A stretch of 64,000 nt of DNA from Anaerovibrio sp. (GTDB lineage: Bacteria > Bacillota > Clostridia > Christensenellales > Aristaeellaceae): positions 16,020 to 80,019 of the forward strand of contig CAVDRM010000003.1 in the NCBI GenBank assembly GCA_963611355.1, read 5' to 3'. Below, piece by piece: positions 37,701-45,957 of the stretch. The stretch's first letter is position 1; the number at the start of each line of letters is the position of its first letter. Under the pieces are notes generated by a model. The model had not been told where the DNA came from. It searched no databases and saw only the letters and a program-made list of their open reading frames with translations. Made by a program: the position numbers and the translations under genes.

Positions 37701-38212
37701 ATTTCGATGAAATAATTGTTTGGGCCCATGATGTCCCGCATCATGGAAACATAGTCCTCGGCCTCTTTGAAGCGGCCGTCCGACAGCAGCTTCGGCAAAT
37801 CGCCCGACAAGCAGGCGGACAGCGCAATCAGCCCCTCGTGATGGTCTCTGAGAAGCTGATAATCAATGCGCGGTTTATAATAAAAGCCCTCCGTGAACGC
37901 AAGGCTGTCCATGTACATCAGATTTTTATAGCCCTGCTCGTTTTCGCACAGAAGAATTAGGTGGCTCGTTGTGTCCCGCGTCTGCCTGTCGAAACGGTTG
38001 GGGCAGATGTACACCTCGCAGCCGATGACGGGATGCAGTCCCGCATCCTTCATCGCCGTATAAAACTCCACCGCGCCGTACAGCACGCCGTGGTCCGTCA
38101 CCGCGCAGGCATCCTGTCCCAGCGCCTTGAGGCGCGGTATCAACCGCTTGATGCGGCACGCGCCGTCCAGCAGACTGTATTCCGTGTGCAAATGTAAATG
38201 GGCAAACGCCAT
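34724..38212 (-). CDS. dnaE: DNA polymerase III alpha subunit (DnaE type)
   Basis: 1162 aa. PHP domain MAFAHLHLHTEYSLLDG, then the polymerase core and an OB fold. Confidence 0.95.
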   Translation of the reverse strand: MAFAHLHLHTEYSLLDGACRIKRLIPRLKALGQDACAVTDHGVLYGAVEFYTAMKDAGLHPVIGCEVYICPNRFDRQTRDTTSHLILLCENEQGYKNLMYMDSLAFTEGFYYKPRIDYQLLRDHHEGLIALSACLSGDLPKLLSDGRFKEAEDYVSMMRDIMGPNNYFIEIMDHGLREEKTVLPRLMEMSRKTGVPLVATNDCHYLTQDDADAQEVLMCIQTGKTLEDDKRMRLETRELYVKSEEQMKALFPGHEDAVERSHEIAMRCRLDFDFHTIHLPRFPIETDETAERMLRRLCDEGFAEHYRADDARARERLQYELNTIIQMGYVDYFLIVWDFIHYARSHGIMVGPGRGSGAGSIVAYCLDITQLDPLKFNLLFERFLNPERVTMPDIDVDFCYERRQEVIDYVARRYGQDHVSQIITFGTMAARAVLRDVGRVLGYPYAEVDRVAKAVPMDLGMTLDKALEVSHDLKAMVEGDERARRLYQTSLSLEGLPRHASTHAAGVLITNEPVTHYVPLQMNDDVVTTQYPMGIIEKLGLLKMDFLGLRTLTVIRDTLDLLKKRGIDINYLKIPLDDEAVYRMISDGDTDGVFQLEGGGMRSFLSNMRPQNFEDIIAAISLYRPGPMESIPRYIKGKQHPETVEYATPLLKPILEVTYGCMVYQEQVMQIVRDLAGYSYGRSDLVRRAMAKKKKDVMAKERRYFVYGSEEMNVKGAVKNGVPAEVAEKIFDEMTSFASYAFNKSHAAAYALVAVWTAWLKRHYPAEFMAAMLNSVTGNAGKISGYINYCRSRGIPVLPPHINFSDRRFTVEYDEKGAPAIRFGMGGVKNVGAACVDAIVQDRARRGAFKNIFDFCRRMGGEDVNKRAVESLIKAGCFDHLDAKRTQVYAVYEKALDAQADIRRQNVAGQMSLFDLGQPAQNMDMQETYPALPEYRHLDLLRQEKEMTGVYCSGHPLDEYKETMASLKVNTAYLAELSEREDHGLSEDGRSVQMGGLITECHQKATKKGALMGFMTLEDLTGQVECLLFPRVYEVYGRELGSDRAVLVSGKLSVSGEEDIKLLADIIEPLPAAPDQKDTRTDAQRAKDAPVKLYLRIRRSEMPEVEETLERMRGNVPVYLNIPDEGITLLAPKRLWCCDAEDTRATLMTVLSLDNMKVVKKQ

Positions 38213-38309
38213 GCCGCTTCCTCCCTTGCAGATGCTTCAATCCAAGGATAGTATATCAGAAAACCGAAGGACTGTAAACGAATAATCGAGCGGAGGGCGC
38301 AGGGAATGA

Positions 38310-38339
38310 TTGCATCGGGCCGCGTTTGTATGCTATAAT
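38310..38339 (+). promoter_or_regulatory. Candidate promoter (TTGCAT-18 nt-TATAAT, TGn-extended) for the deacetylase gene
   Basis: ttgcat at 38310-38315 and tgctataat at 38331-38339. Confidence 0.45.
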
Positions 38340-38392
38340 CGGGAATCATCACGTTGTGTAACGGGATTTTTGCGGCTGAAAGGAGCATTCTT

Positions 38393-39232
38393 ATGCCGAA
38401 TATTTACATGGTCTTTCCGGGCGGGAGGCGCAAGGCGCTGACCCTGAGCTATGACGACGGCGTGGAGCAGGATGCCCGGCTGATGGACATCATGGCAAAG
38501 CACGGACTGAAGGGGACGTTTAATCTGAACAGCGGGCTGTTCGCACCGGAGGGAGCGAAATATCCGGCGGGGCAGATTCATCGCCGCATGAGTCGGAGCG
38601 AGGCCGTGCGCTTGTACGCCGAGTCCGGTCAGGAGGTCGCCCTGCACTGCTATGCGCACGGCGATTTAACCATGCAGCTTGCCGGCGCGTCCGTTCGGGA
38701 AGTCATTCGGGACAAGGAAGAGCTGGAAAAGCTGTTCGGGCGCATCATTCGCGGCATGGCCTACCCCTACGGCCCTGTCACGGATGAGGTGGCGCGGGCG
38801 CTGCCCGCCTGCGGCGTCGCCTATGCCCGCATGACCGTCTCCACCGGCCATTTTGAATTGCCGCAGGACTGGCTGCATTTGGCGGCGACCTGCCATCACG
38901 ACAGCCCGCAGCTTATGACGCTTGCGAAAAAAATGGCCGAGGAAGCACCAACCAACCGCCCGTGGCTGTTCTATCTGTGGGGGCACAGCTATGAGTTTGA
39001 AGCGCACGACAACTGGCGCGTCATCGAGGATTTCGCCGCGTACCTCGGCGGGCGGGACGACATCTGGTACGCCACGAACATTGAGGTGCATGACTATGTG
39101 GAGGCATGGCGGCATATGCAGTCCTCGGCGGACGGCAGGCGCATTCTGAATCTGTCCTGCCAAACCATGTATGTGCGGCTGGATGATAAAATTCATACGA
39201 TTCCTTCAGGCGAAGAAATCGTTCTTGAATAG
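38393..39232 (+). CDS. Polysaccharide deacetylase (NodB-homology) family protein
   Basis: RBS aaaggag. ...RKALTLSYDDGVEQDARL...VALHCYAHGD... Confidence 0.8.
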   Translation: MPNIYMVFPGGRRKALTLSYDDGVEQDARLMDIMAKHGLKGTFNLNSGLFAPEGAKYPAGQIHRRMSRSEAVRLYAESGQEVALHCYAHGDLTMQLAGASVREVIRDKEELEKLFGRIIRGMAYPYGPVTDEVARALPACGVAYARMTVSTGHFELPQDWLHLAATCHHDSPQLMTLAKKMAEEAPTNRPWLFYLWGHSYEFEAHDNWRVIEDFAAYLGGRDDIWYATNIEVHDYVEAWRHMQSSADGRRILNLSCQTMYVRLDDKIHTIPSGEEIVLE

Positions 39233-39259
39233 GATTTTTCGATAAATGATCGTATAAAC

Positions 39260-39290
39260 AACAGGGTATCGGCAATGCCGATACCCTGTT
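39260..39290. terminator. Bidirectional terminator (near-perfect 15-bp palindrome)
   Basis: aacagggtatcggca a tgccgataccctgtt, between two convergent genes. Confidence 0.6.
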
Positions 39291-39302
39291 ATATTCTGTA
39301 TG

Positions 39303-40010
39303 TCAGATGTCGTCCTTTCCCTCAAACCTTCTGCACCATGTATATTTGGACACGGCGCTGCGGCACGCTTCGGGGACGGCCCAGGCGAGCAGCTCGGCGA
39401 TATAGGGCGGGAGGACGCGGTCGTATTTGACCTCTAAGACGGTGTAGTCGTGATCAAAGGGCGAAATGGTGGGCAGATAGGGGTTGAAAATGTCGATGCT
39501 GCCAAGGCCGGTATGCAGCCCCTTATCAAAGGTGATGCGGACGGTTTCGGCGGGGTGCAGATACGCCTCGCGGGTATAGTCCACGATGACCACGGGATGC
39601 AAAAGGCGCGTGCGCATTTCCCGATACACGTCTTTAAGCAGGCCGGAGGCCGTATTTTCCAGCCCGCTGGGGTCGCAGGCGATGATTTGGTCGGCCAGCT
39701 CCCGCGGGATTTTGACCGAGCGTTTGGAAATCAATGCGCCGTACTTGCTCTTGCACTCCATGAAAATTTCACGGTCGGAGTAGTTGTAAATGCGCATCCG
39801 ATATTTCTGGCGCTCGTAAACGCCGCTCAGCTTCTCGTACAGCGCATCGTCAAACGCCGTATCAAAGTACAGGGAGCGGATATGGTATTCGCCGCCGTGC
39901 TTTTTTGCGTTCGGGTCTAAGGAAAGAATCGGCGTAAGGTTTCGGCGCAGCACATCCACCTGCCACGGCATCAACAGATATTTAAGCTCGTGCCTCAGCG
40001 GGATGCCCAT
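39303..40010 (-). CDS. VTC-domain (polyphosphate polymerase / CYTH-like tunnel) protein
   Basis: 235 aa. MGIPLRHELKYLL...YHIRSLYFDT...QKYRMRIYNY...FMECKSKYG...KRSVKI... matches the bacterial VTC-domain pattern. Confidence 0.8.
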   Translation of the reverse strand: MGIPLRHELKYLLMPWQVDVLRRNLTPILSLDPNAKKHGGEYHIRSLYFDTAFDDALYEKLSGVYERQKYRMRIYNYSDREIFMECKSKYGALISKRSVKIPRELADQIIACDPSGLENTASGLLKDVYREMRTRLLHPVVIVDYTREAYLHPAETVRITFDKGLHTGLGSIDIFNPYLPTISPFDHDYTVLEVKYDRVLPPYIAELLAWAVPEACRSAVSKYTWCRRFEGKDDI

Positions 40011-40012
40011 CG

Positions 40013-40705
40013 TCAGGCCCCCGTTTCGGTCTGGCAGGCCACCAGCGTTGCATCATGCACGCCTTCAATGTCCAGCATATGGCCGACCAAGTCCGCCCGC
40101 CTGTCCAAGCGCACCTCATAGGTGGTTTCGCCGCCGGCGCGGGTCACGGTCTTGGAGCGCATACGGAAGAAGCGGACGCTGCGGCGAAGCTCGGCCTCAA
40201 TGTCGGGCTGAGCGTACTCGTCATAGTGAAGCACCAGGAGATAGCTGTTGGGCTGGCGGAAATGCAGAAAGGACAGCGCCAGCAGAATGACGGAAATGCC
40301 GATGACCACGACCAGCGCAATCAGATACTGCTCCGCGCCGAGCAGGATGCCCATCGTGATGGCCCAGAACATATAGGCAGTGTCCAGCGGCTCTTTGACG
40401 GCCGTTCTGAAGCGGACGATGGAAAGCGCACCGACCATGCCCATGGACAGCGCCACATTCGAGCCGATGGCCATGACCACGGGCGCGGTGACGAGCGTCA
40501 GCATAATCAGGGTTAAGGAAAAGGTCGGGCTGAACAGAACGCCGCGATAGGTCTTTTTATAGACCAGCGCGATGATGATGCCGACCAGCAGACCGGCCAG
40601 CAGCGCCACCGCAACGCTGAGCGGCGTGAAATTGGCCAGCTGATTCGCAAAAAAATCAGAAATGCCGGTATTGGAAGCGATGTCCTTCGCCGAGATGTTT
40701 TCCAT
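40013..40705 (-). CDS. DUF4956-family membrane protein
   Basis: Its stop is 2 nt before the VTC gene start. There are 4-5 TMs, then a soluble C-terminal domain (LVLHYDEYAQPDIEAELRRSVRFFRMRSKTVTR...). I prefer the start ATG at 40705 (MENISAKD). Confidence 0.75.
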   Translation of the reverse strand: MENISAKDIASNTGISDFFANQLANFTPLSVAVALLAGLLVGIIIALVYKKTYRGVLFSPTFSLTLIMLTLVTAPVVMAIGSNVALSMGMVGALSIVRFRTAVKEPLDTAYMFWAITMGILLGAEQYLIALVVVIGISVILLALSFLHFRQPNSYLLVLHYDEYAQPDIEAELRRSVRFFRMRSKTVTRAGGETTYEVRLDRRADLVGHMLDIEGVHDATLVACQTETGA

Positions 40706-40856
40706 GTGCCCGTCCTCCTCGTTTGTCATGCAGTCATACATATTATACTGAAAATTACGGTTTCGTCAATGAAGCAATTGTAAAATCAGCCGTTCGCCGA
40801 AAAATGACGGATGAGGGTCTCTATGCCTCAGCACCGTCCGCTTATCCGGCTGCCGG

Positions 40857-42269
40857 TCAGATATTCTCAAAGAACGCTTCCCCGTCCTCATTGCGTAAAA
40901 TGCCCATTTCGTCAAAGGAAAGGCGGGTGGGCTTGGACTTCATGTACTTTAATATCTCATCCATGCGGACGCTCTCGGTGAAGCTCATCAGCGTGAAGGC
41001 TACGCCGTGCTTATGGGCACGTCCCGTGCGGCCGATGCGGTGCAGGTAATATTCATTTTCCTGCGGCAGGTCGTAGTTGACGACCGCCTCCACATCATCC
41101 ACGTCAATGCCGCGGGCGGCCACGTCCGTGCAGACGAGAATGGGAAATTTGCCGCGCTTGTACGCCTGCATGATCTGGTTGCGCTTTTTCTGCGGCACAT
41201 CGCCGTGCAGGGTCTCCGAATCGTAGCCCGCCTTTTGCAGGGCGCTGTTCAGGCGCTCCGCCATGAACTTGGTGTTCACGAATATCATCACGCGCCCGTA
41301 CACATCCGCGTCCAGCAGATACAAAAGCCTGTCCATCTTGTCGTCCCGCGTGACGGGGATGATATACTGCCGGATGTCGGGTCTGTTTTCCCTGGTTGCC
41401 TGAATGGTGATCTGCACCGGCTCGTGCTGATATTTCCACGAAATGGTCATGACATCCTGATTGGTGGTGGCGGAAAACATGACGAGCTGACGCGTGTTCG
41501 GGGTTTTTTCGATGATTCGGCACACGTCCTTGACAAAGCCCATCTTGAGCATCTCGTCCGCCTCGTCAATGACCATCGTGTGCACGGCATCCAAGCGGAC
41601 ATTGCCGCGTTCCAAATGGTCGAGCATCCGTCCCGGCGTGGCGACGATGATTTGCGGGCGCTTTCGAAGCTGGTCAAGCTGGCGCATGATGGGCTGCCCG
41701 CCGTACAGCACGGCGACCTTGACCTCCCTGATGTAGTACGCCAGCTTTTTCAGCTCATCGCCTATCTGAACCGCCAATTCGCGGGTGGGCGCCAAGACCA
41801 GCTCCTGAATGCGCGTATCCTTCAGGCTCATATATTCCAGCATGGGAATGCCGAAGGCGCAGGTTTTGCCCGTGCCGGTGGGCGCAAGGGCGATGATGTC
41901 GTTTCCCTGCATCATGACGGGAATGGTTTCCTTCTGGATGGGGGTCGCCTCGGTAAAGCCCATCCGCGCAATGGCGCGCATGACATCATCCGAAATATCC
42001 ATGCCCTCAAAGCCCGTGTGCGGGAGCGGCTGACTGCGCAGCTCCTCCAAGCCCGGTTCCGGCGGGGCGGCCGTCTCTTCCCCATCAAGCGGCGACGGCT
42101 CTTTCTTTTTTTTCTTGCGCGGCCTTGACCTTTTTTTCTTGGGGGCAGCTATGCCGTCCGTGTTTGCCGATGCGGACGGCTGCTCCGCTTCTTCTTTGAC
42201 TGCATCACGCGCTTCGAGCAGCTGATTTTGCCGCTCGGTCGTTTTTTCCTGTACTGCCTCGTTGTTCAT
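40857..42269 (-). CDS. DEAD-box ATP-dependent RNA helicase with a K/E-rich N-terminal extension
   Basis: Q motif GFTEATPIQ. Walker A APTGTGKT. DEAD box VIDEADEM. SAT and HRIGRTGR motifs. The N-terminal run is KKKRSRPRKKKKKE. Confidence 0.9.
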   Translation of the reverse strand: MNNEAVQEKTTERQNQLLEARDAVKEEAEQPSASANTDGIAAPKKKRSRPRKKKKKEPSPLDGEETAAPPEPGLEELRSQPLPHTGFEGMDISDDVMRAIARMGFTEATPIQKETIPVMMQGNDIIALAPTGTGKTCAFGIPMLEYMSLKDTRIQELVLAPTRELAVQIGDELKKLAYYIREVKVAVLYGGQPIMRQLDQLRKRPQIIVATPGRMLDHLERGNVRLDAVHTMVIDEADEMLKMGFVKDVCRIIEKTPNTRQLVMFSATTNQDVMTISWKYQHEPVQITIQATRENRPDIRQYIIPVTRDDKMDRLLYLLDADVYGRVMIFVNTKFMAERLNSALQKAGYDSETLHGDVPQKKRNQIMQAYKRGKFPILVCTDVAARGIDVDDVEAVVNYDLPQENEYYLHRIGRTGRAHKHGVAFTLMSFTESVRMDEILKYMKSKPTRLSFDEMGILRNEDGEAFFENI

Positions 42270-42366
42270 GTCCGCCAAAGCCGGTTTCCTTTCTGCGAGC
42301 CCTGCCCGCATCCGTCCTCAAAAAAATCGTTACAAATAAATATTATACCAGTGCGGCCGCCGATTG

Positions 42367-43704
42367 TCAAAAGCCCGTTTTACGGCGTTTGGAGAGGACG
42401 GAGAATGCGGCCAGGCAGATGATGACGGAAAGCAGCGACCCTGCGGCCGTGGCAAGACCCATCGGCAGCAGCGTCTGCGGGAAGAGACGGGAAGTCAGGT
42501 ACACGCCCGGTACGCGCATCAGCACGATTGCCGTGATGTTGTGCAAAAAGGACAGGCCGGACTTTCCGACTGCACAGAAATACCCGCTGAAGCTGAAGTG
42601 AATGCCCGCAAACAGGCAATCCCAGATATAGCCGCGCAGATACTGCCCGCCGGCGGGGATGACGTCCGCGTCCGCGGTGAACAGCCCGACCGCGGGCTCG
42701 GCGATGAACTGCATCAAAATCGAAATTGCCAGCCCGAAGCCTGCCGCCGTCAGCACGGCATAGCGAAGGGTTTGCACCGCACGCTCCGGCTTGCCCGCGC
42801 CGATGCACTGCGCGCCCAGCGCGGAGACGGTGGACAGCATGGACGAGGGGACGAGAAACAGGAAACTGATGATTTTTTCCACAATGCCGACAGCCGCCGC
42901 GTCCGTCAGCCCGCGCTGATTGGCGATGACGGTAATGACGATGAAGGCGATTTGAATCAGCCCGTCCTGCATGGCAATGGGCACGCCGATTGTAAGGAGC
43001 TGTCCCATGGCGGCCTTCTGCGGCTTAAAGTCCGCCTTGCCGAGCGGGATGCCGATTTTGCGCTTTATGATTACGAGCAGCGCGACCGCCACGCTGATTG
43101 CCTGAGCAAGCGTCGTCCCCAGCGCCGCCCCGGCGGGGCCTAAATGCAGCGCACCCATGAAGAGATAATCCAGCGCGATATTGGCCGCGCACGCCACGGC
43201 GATAAAATACATGGGGCTTTTGCTGTCGCCCATGCCGCGGAAAACGGAGCTGATGATGTTGTAGGCTGTAATAAACGGAATGCCGATAAAGCAGATGGCC
43301 AGATACTGCGCCGTGCCGTCCGCGGCCTCGGCAGGCGTGGACATGACGCTCACGATGGAGCGGACAAAGACCAGCAGGACGAGCGTCAGGACGACCGAGA
43401 GCGCCATGAAGAGCGTCACCGTGTTGCCGATGGCCAGCGCCGCCTTCTTTTTCTGCCCGCCGCCGATGGCCTGCCCGATGGACACGGTGGAGCCCATCGC
43501 CAGCCCGACCAGCATGACGGTGAGCATATGCATCACCTGGCTGCCGACAGAGACCGCCGTCGTCCCCGCAACGCCCTCATACTGGCCGATGATGAACAAA
43601 TCCGCCATGCCGTAGAGCGTCTGCAAAAAATACGACAGCAGATACGGCAGGGAAAACCGCAGGATGCTCTTGAAGACACTGCCGTCGGTGACGCTTTTTT
43701 CCAT
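42367..43704 (-). CDS. MATE family efflux transporter
   Basis: 445 aa, 12-TM. N-terminal pattern ...ILRFSLPYLLSYFLQTLYGMADLFIIGQ... Confidence 0.9.
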   Translation of the reverse strand: MEKSVTDGSVFKSILRFSLPYLLSYFLQTLYGMADLFIIGQYEGVAGTTAVSVGSQVMHMLTVMLVGLAMGSTVSIGQAIGGGQKKKAALAIGNTVTLFMALSVVLTLVLLVFVRSIVSVMSTPAEAADGTAQYLAICFIGIPFITAYNIISSVFRGMGDSKSPMYFIAVACAANIALDYLFMGALHLGPAGAALGTTLAQAISVAVALLVIIKRKIGIPLGKADFKPQKAAMGQLLTIGVPIAMQDGLIQIAFIVITVIANQRGLTDAAAVGIVEKIISFLFLVPSSMLSTVSALGAQCIGAGKPERAVQTLRYAVLTAAGFGLAISILMQFIAEPAVGLFTADADVIPAGGQYLRGYIWDCLFAGIHFSFSGYFCAVGKSGLSFLHNITAIVLMRVPGVYLTSRLFPQTLLPMGLATAAGSLLSVIICLAAFSVLSKRRKTGF

Positions 43705-43848
43705 ATCGGAAAACGACCTTCTTTCGAATAAAATGGCGGGGAGTGACGAATGATTATCGGTAAAATAACGCGGAGGGCGGGGGCAAAAGCCGTCTTTCGC
43801 TCGTTTCTCACCGTCCCGCTCATGCTGTCTCTCCTCAAGACTTGTTTT

Positions 43849-43877
43849 ATTTTATGCGTCATGCCGCTGCGTGTCAA
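43849..43877 (-). promoter_or_regulatory. Near-consensus promoter (TTGACA-17 nt-TAAAAT) for the MATE gene
   Basis: The reverse complement reads ttgaca cgcagcggcatgacgca taaaat. This gives a leader of about 138 nt. Confidence 0.5.
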
Positions 43878-44107
43878 CCAAAAATACAGCGGGAAGATAT
43901 TCCGGTCATTTTTTTGTAAAAAGCATTGATAACGCCGTCACAATAAACGCTCTGACGATTCGATGATGTTCGGGGCTGCTTCGGACGGCTGTGCCCGGCA
44001 AAGCGCAAACAGCACCACGCAGCAGGCTTTCTGCTGTGTCGGCTGCCCAAAATTTTGCCCGATGCGCGTTTTTTGTCCCGCTGGGTCTTTTCACGCCCGC
44101 CAAAGTG

Positions 44108-44116
44108 TGCTATAAT
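44108..44116 (+). promoter_or_regulatory. Extended -10 element (TGcTATAAT) for the NifU-like/GGGtGRT operon
   Basis: tgctataat at 44108-44116 with a weak -35. This gives a leader of about 90 nt before the ATG at 44211. Confidence 0.4.
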
Positions 44117-44210
44117 AAACTTCGTGTGCAGGGTGACAAGAGCCGTGCGGACACCGCCGGCTGTTCTCACCCCACACAATCTATTCTGAACGGATAGGAG
44201 GAACTTATCC

Positions 44211-44912
44211 ATGCAATACTCCCGCGAAGTGGAAGAAATGGTTTGCGTGATGAAGGGGCCCAAGCACGGCCCTGCCCCCATCCCCGAAGAGGGCAAATGG
44301 ATTCAGGCCAAGGAAATCAAGGATATTTCCGGCTATACTCACGGCGTGGGCTGGTGCGCACCGCAGCAGGGCGCGTGCAAGCTGAGCCTGAACGTGAAGA
44401 ACGGCGTCATCGAGGAAGCGCTGGTGGAAACCATCGGCTGCTCCGGCATGACCCATTCCGCTGCCATGGCCTCCGAGATCCTGCCCGGCAAGACCATTCT
44501 GGAAGCGCTGAATACCGACCTCGTCTGCGACGCTATCAACACCGCCATGCGCGAGCTGTTCCTCCAGATTGTCTACGGCCGCACCCAGTCCGCCTTCTCG
44601 GATGACGGTTTGGTCATCGGCGCCGGCATGGAGGACTTGGGCAAGGGTCTGCGCTCCATGATCGGCACCATGTACGGCACCAAGGCGAAGGGCACACGCT
44701 ACCTCGAAATGACCGAGGGCTATGTTCTGAAGATGGCGCTGGACAAGGACGACCAGGTCTGCGGCTATCAGTTCCTGAGCTTAGGCAAGATGATGGATGC
44801 CATCAAGAAGGGCATGAGTCCCAACGAAGCCTACGAAAAGAACATCGGCACCTATGGCCGCTTTAAGGCCGAAGACGGCGCGGTCAAGTGGATCGACCCG
44901 CGCAAAGAGTAA
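44211..44912 (+). CDS. NifU/IscU-like domain protein with a C-terminal extension
   Basis: RBS taggagg. GWCAPQQGACKLSLNVKNGVIEEALVETIGCSGMTHSAAMASEILPGKTILEALN follows the IscU scaffold pattern (Cys...Cys...GC..), followed by an extra domain of about 100 aa. Confidence 0.7.
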   Translation: MQYSREVEEMVCVMKGPKHGPAPIPEEGKWIQAKEIKDISGYTHGVGWCAPQQGACKLSLNVKNGVIEEALVETIGCSGMTHSAAMASEILPGKTILEALNTDLVCDAINTAMRELFLQIVYGRTQSAFSDDGLVIGAGMEDLGKGLRSMIGTMYGTKAKGTRYLEMTEGYVLKMALDKDDQVCGYQFLSLGKMMDAIKKGMSPNEAYEKNIGTYGRFKAEDGAVKWIDPRKE

Positions 44913-44930
44913 GAGGAGGTGCGAGAAACA

Positions 44931-45947
44931 ATGGCTCTGTTTGAAGGTTATGAACGCCGTATGCCCCAGCTCCAGCCCGTGCTTGAAAAGTATGGCTTCA
45001 AGGATTTTGACGAGCTGAAGGCTTACAACAATTCCAAGGGAGTGGATGCCTACAAGATCGTGGAAGGCATTCAGCCCATCTGCTTTGAAAACGCGAAGTG
45101 GGCGTATGAATTGGGCGCTGCCATCGCGCTGAAGAAGGGCGTCAGGACAGCTGCCGAAGCCTCCAAGTGCATCGGCGAGGGCTTGCAGGCCTTCTGCATC
45201 CCCGGCTCTGTGGCCGACCAGCGTCAGGTTGGTCTCGGACACGGCAATCTGGGCGCGATGCTGCTGGATGAAAAGACCGAGTGCTTTGCTTTCCTGGCCG
45301 GCCACGAATCCTTCGCCGCCGCCGAGGGCGCAATCGGCATTGCCCGCAACGCCAACAAGGTGCGCAAGACGCCCCTGCGCGTCATCCTGAACGGCCTTGG
45401 CAAGGATGCCGCCATGATTATCTCCCGCATCAACGGCTTCACCTATGTCCAGACCAAGTATGATTACCTTTCCGCGGATGTGAAGGAAGACCATGCGCTG
45501 ACCATCGTCAACGAGACCGCCTATTCCGCCGGCGAGCGCGCCAAGGTGCGCTGCTACGGTGCGGATGATGTGCGCGAGGGCGTGGCCATCATGTGGCATG
45601 AGGGCGTGGATGTGTCCATCACCGGCAATTCCACCAATCCCACCCGCTTCCAGCACCCCGTGGCCGGCACTTATAAGAAGGAATGCTGGGAAGCCGGCAA
45701 GAAGTATTTCTCCGTGGCCTCCGGCGGCGGCACCGGCCGCACCCTGCATCCGGACAACATGGCTGCAGGCCCCGCCTCCTACGGCATGACCGACACGATG
45801 GGCCGCATGCACTCCGACGCGCAGTTCGCAGGCTCCTCCTCCGTGCCCGCGCACGTGGAAATGATGGGCTTAATCGGCATGGGCAACAATCCCATGGTCG
45901 GCGCGACGGTCGCTGTCGCGGTCGCCGTCGAAGAAGCGCAGAAATAA
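44931..45947 (+). CDS. GGGtGRT-family protein (conserved, uncharacterised)
   Basis: RBS gaggagg. It contains the family-defining VASGGGTGRTLHPDN motif and the C-terminal ...MGLIGMGNNPMVGATVAVAVAV. Confidence 0.8.
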   Translation: MALFEGYERRMPQLQPVLEKYGFKDFDELKAYNNSKGVDAYKIVEGIQPICFENAKWAYELGAAIALKKGVRTAAEASKCIGEGLQAFCIPGSVADQRQVGLGHGNLGAMLLDEKTECFAFLAGHESFAAAEGAIGIARNANKVRKTPLRVILNGLGKDAAMIISRINGFTYVQTKYDYLSADVKEDHALTIVNETAYSAGERAKVRCYGADDVREGVAIMWHEGVDVSITGNSTNPTRFQHPVAGTYKKECWEAGKKYFSVASGGGTGRTLHPDNMAAGPASYGMTDTMGRMHSDAQFAGSSSVPAHVEMMGLIGMGNNPMVGATVAVAVAVEEAQK

Positions 45948-45957
45948 TCCCATGTTC

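Noticed and set aside
43533-43823. A 97-codon upstream ORF with a good RBS in the MATE leader, considered as a regulatory leader peptide.
   Set aside because: It runs 170 nt out of frame into the MATE coding region and encodes an R/C/S-rich string. It is too long and has the wrong composition for a classical leader peptide. Only the RBS+ATG is noted in the findings.
43700-44210. The strand switch from a long minus-strand gene run to a long plus-strand run, considered as a possible replication origin.
   Set aside because: There is no dnaA/dnaN and no cluster of DnaA boxes. Only isolated partial TTATCCA strings are present, and the spacer is explained by two divergent promoters.
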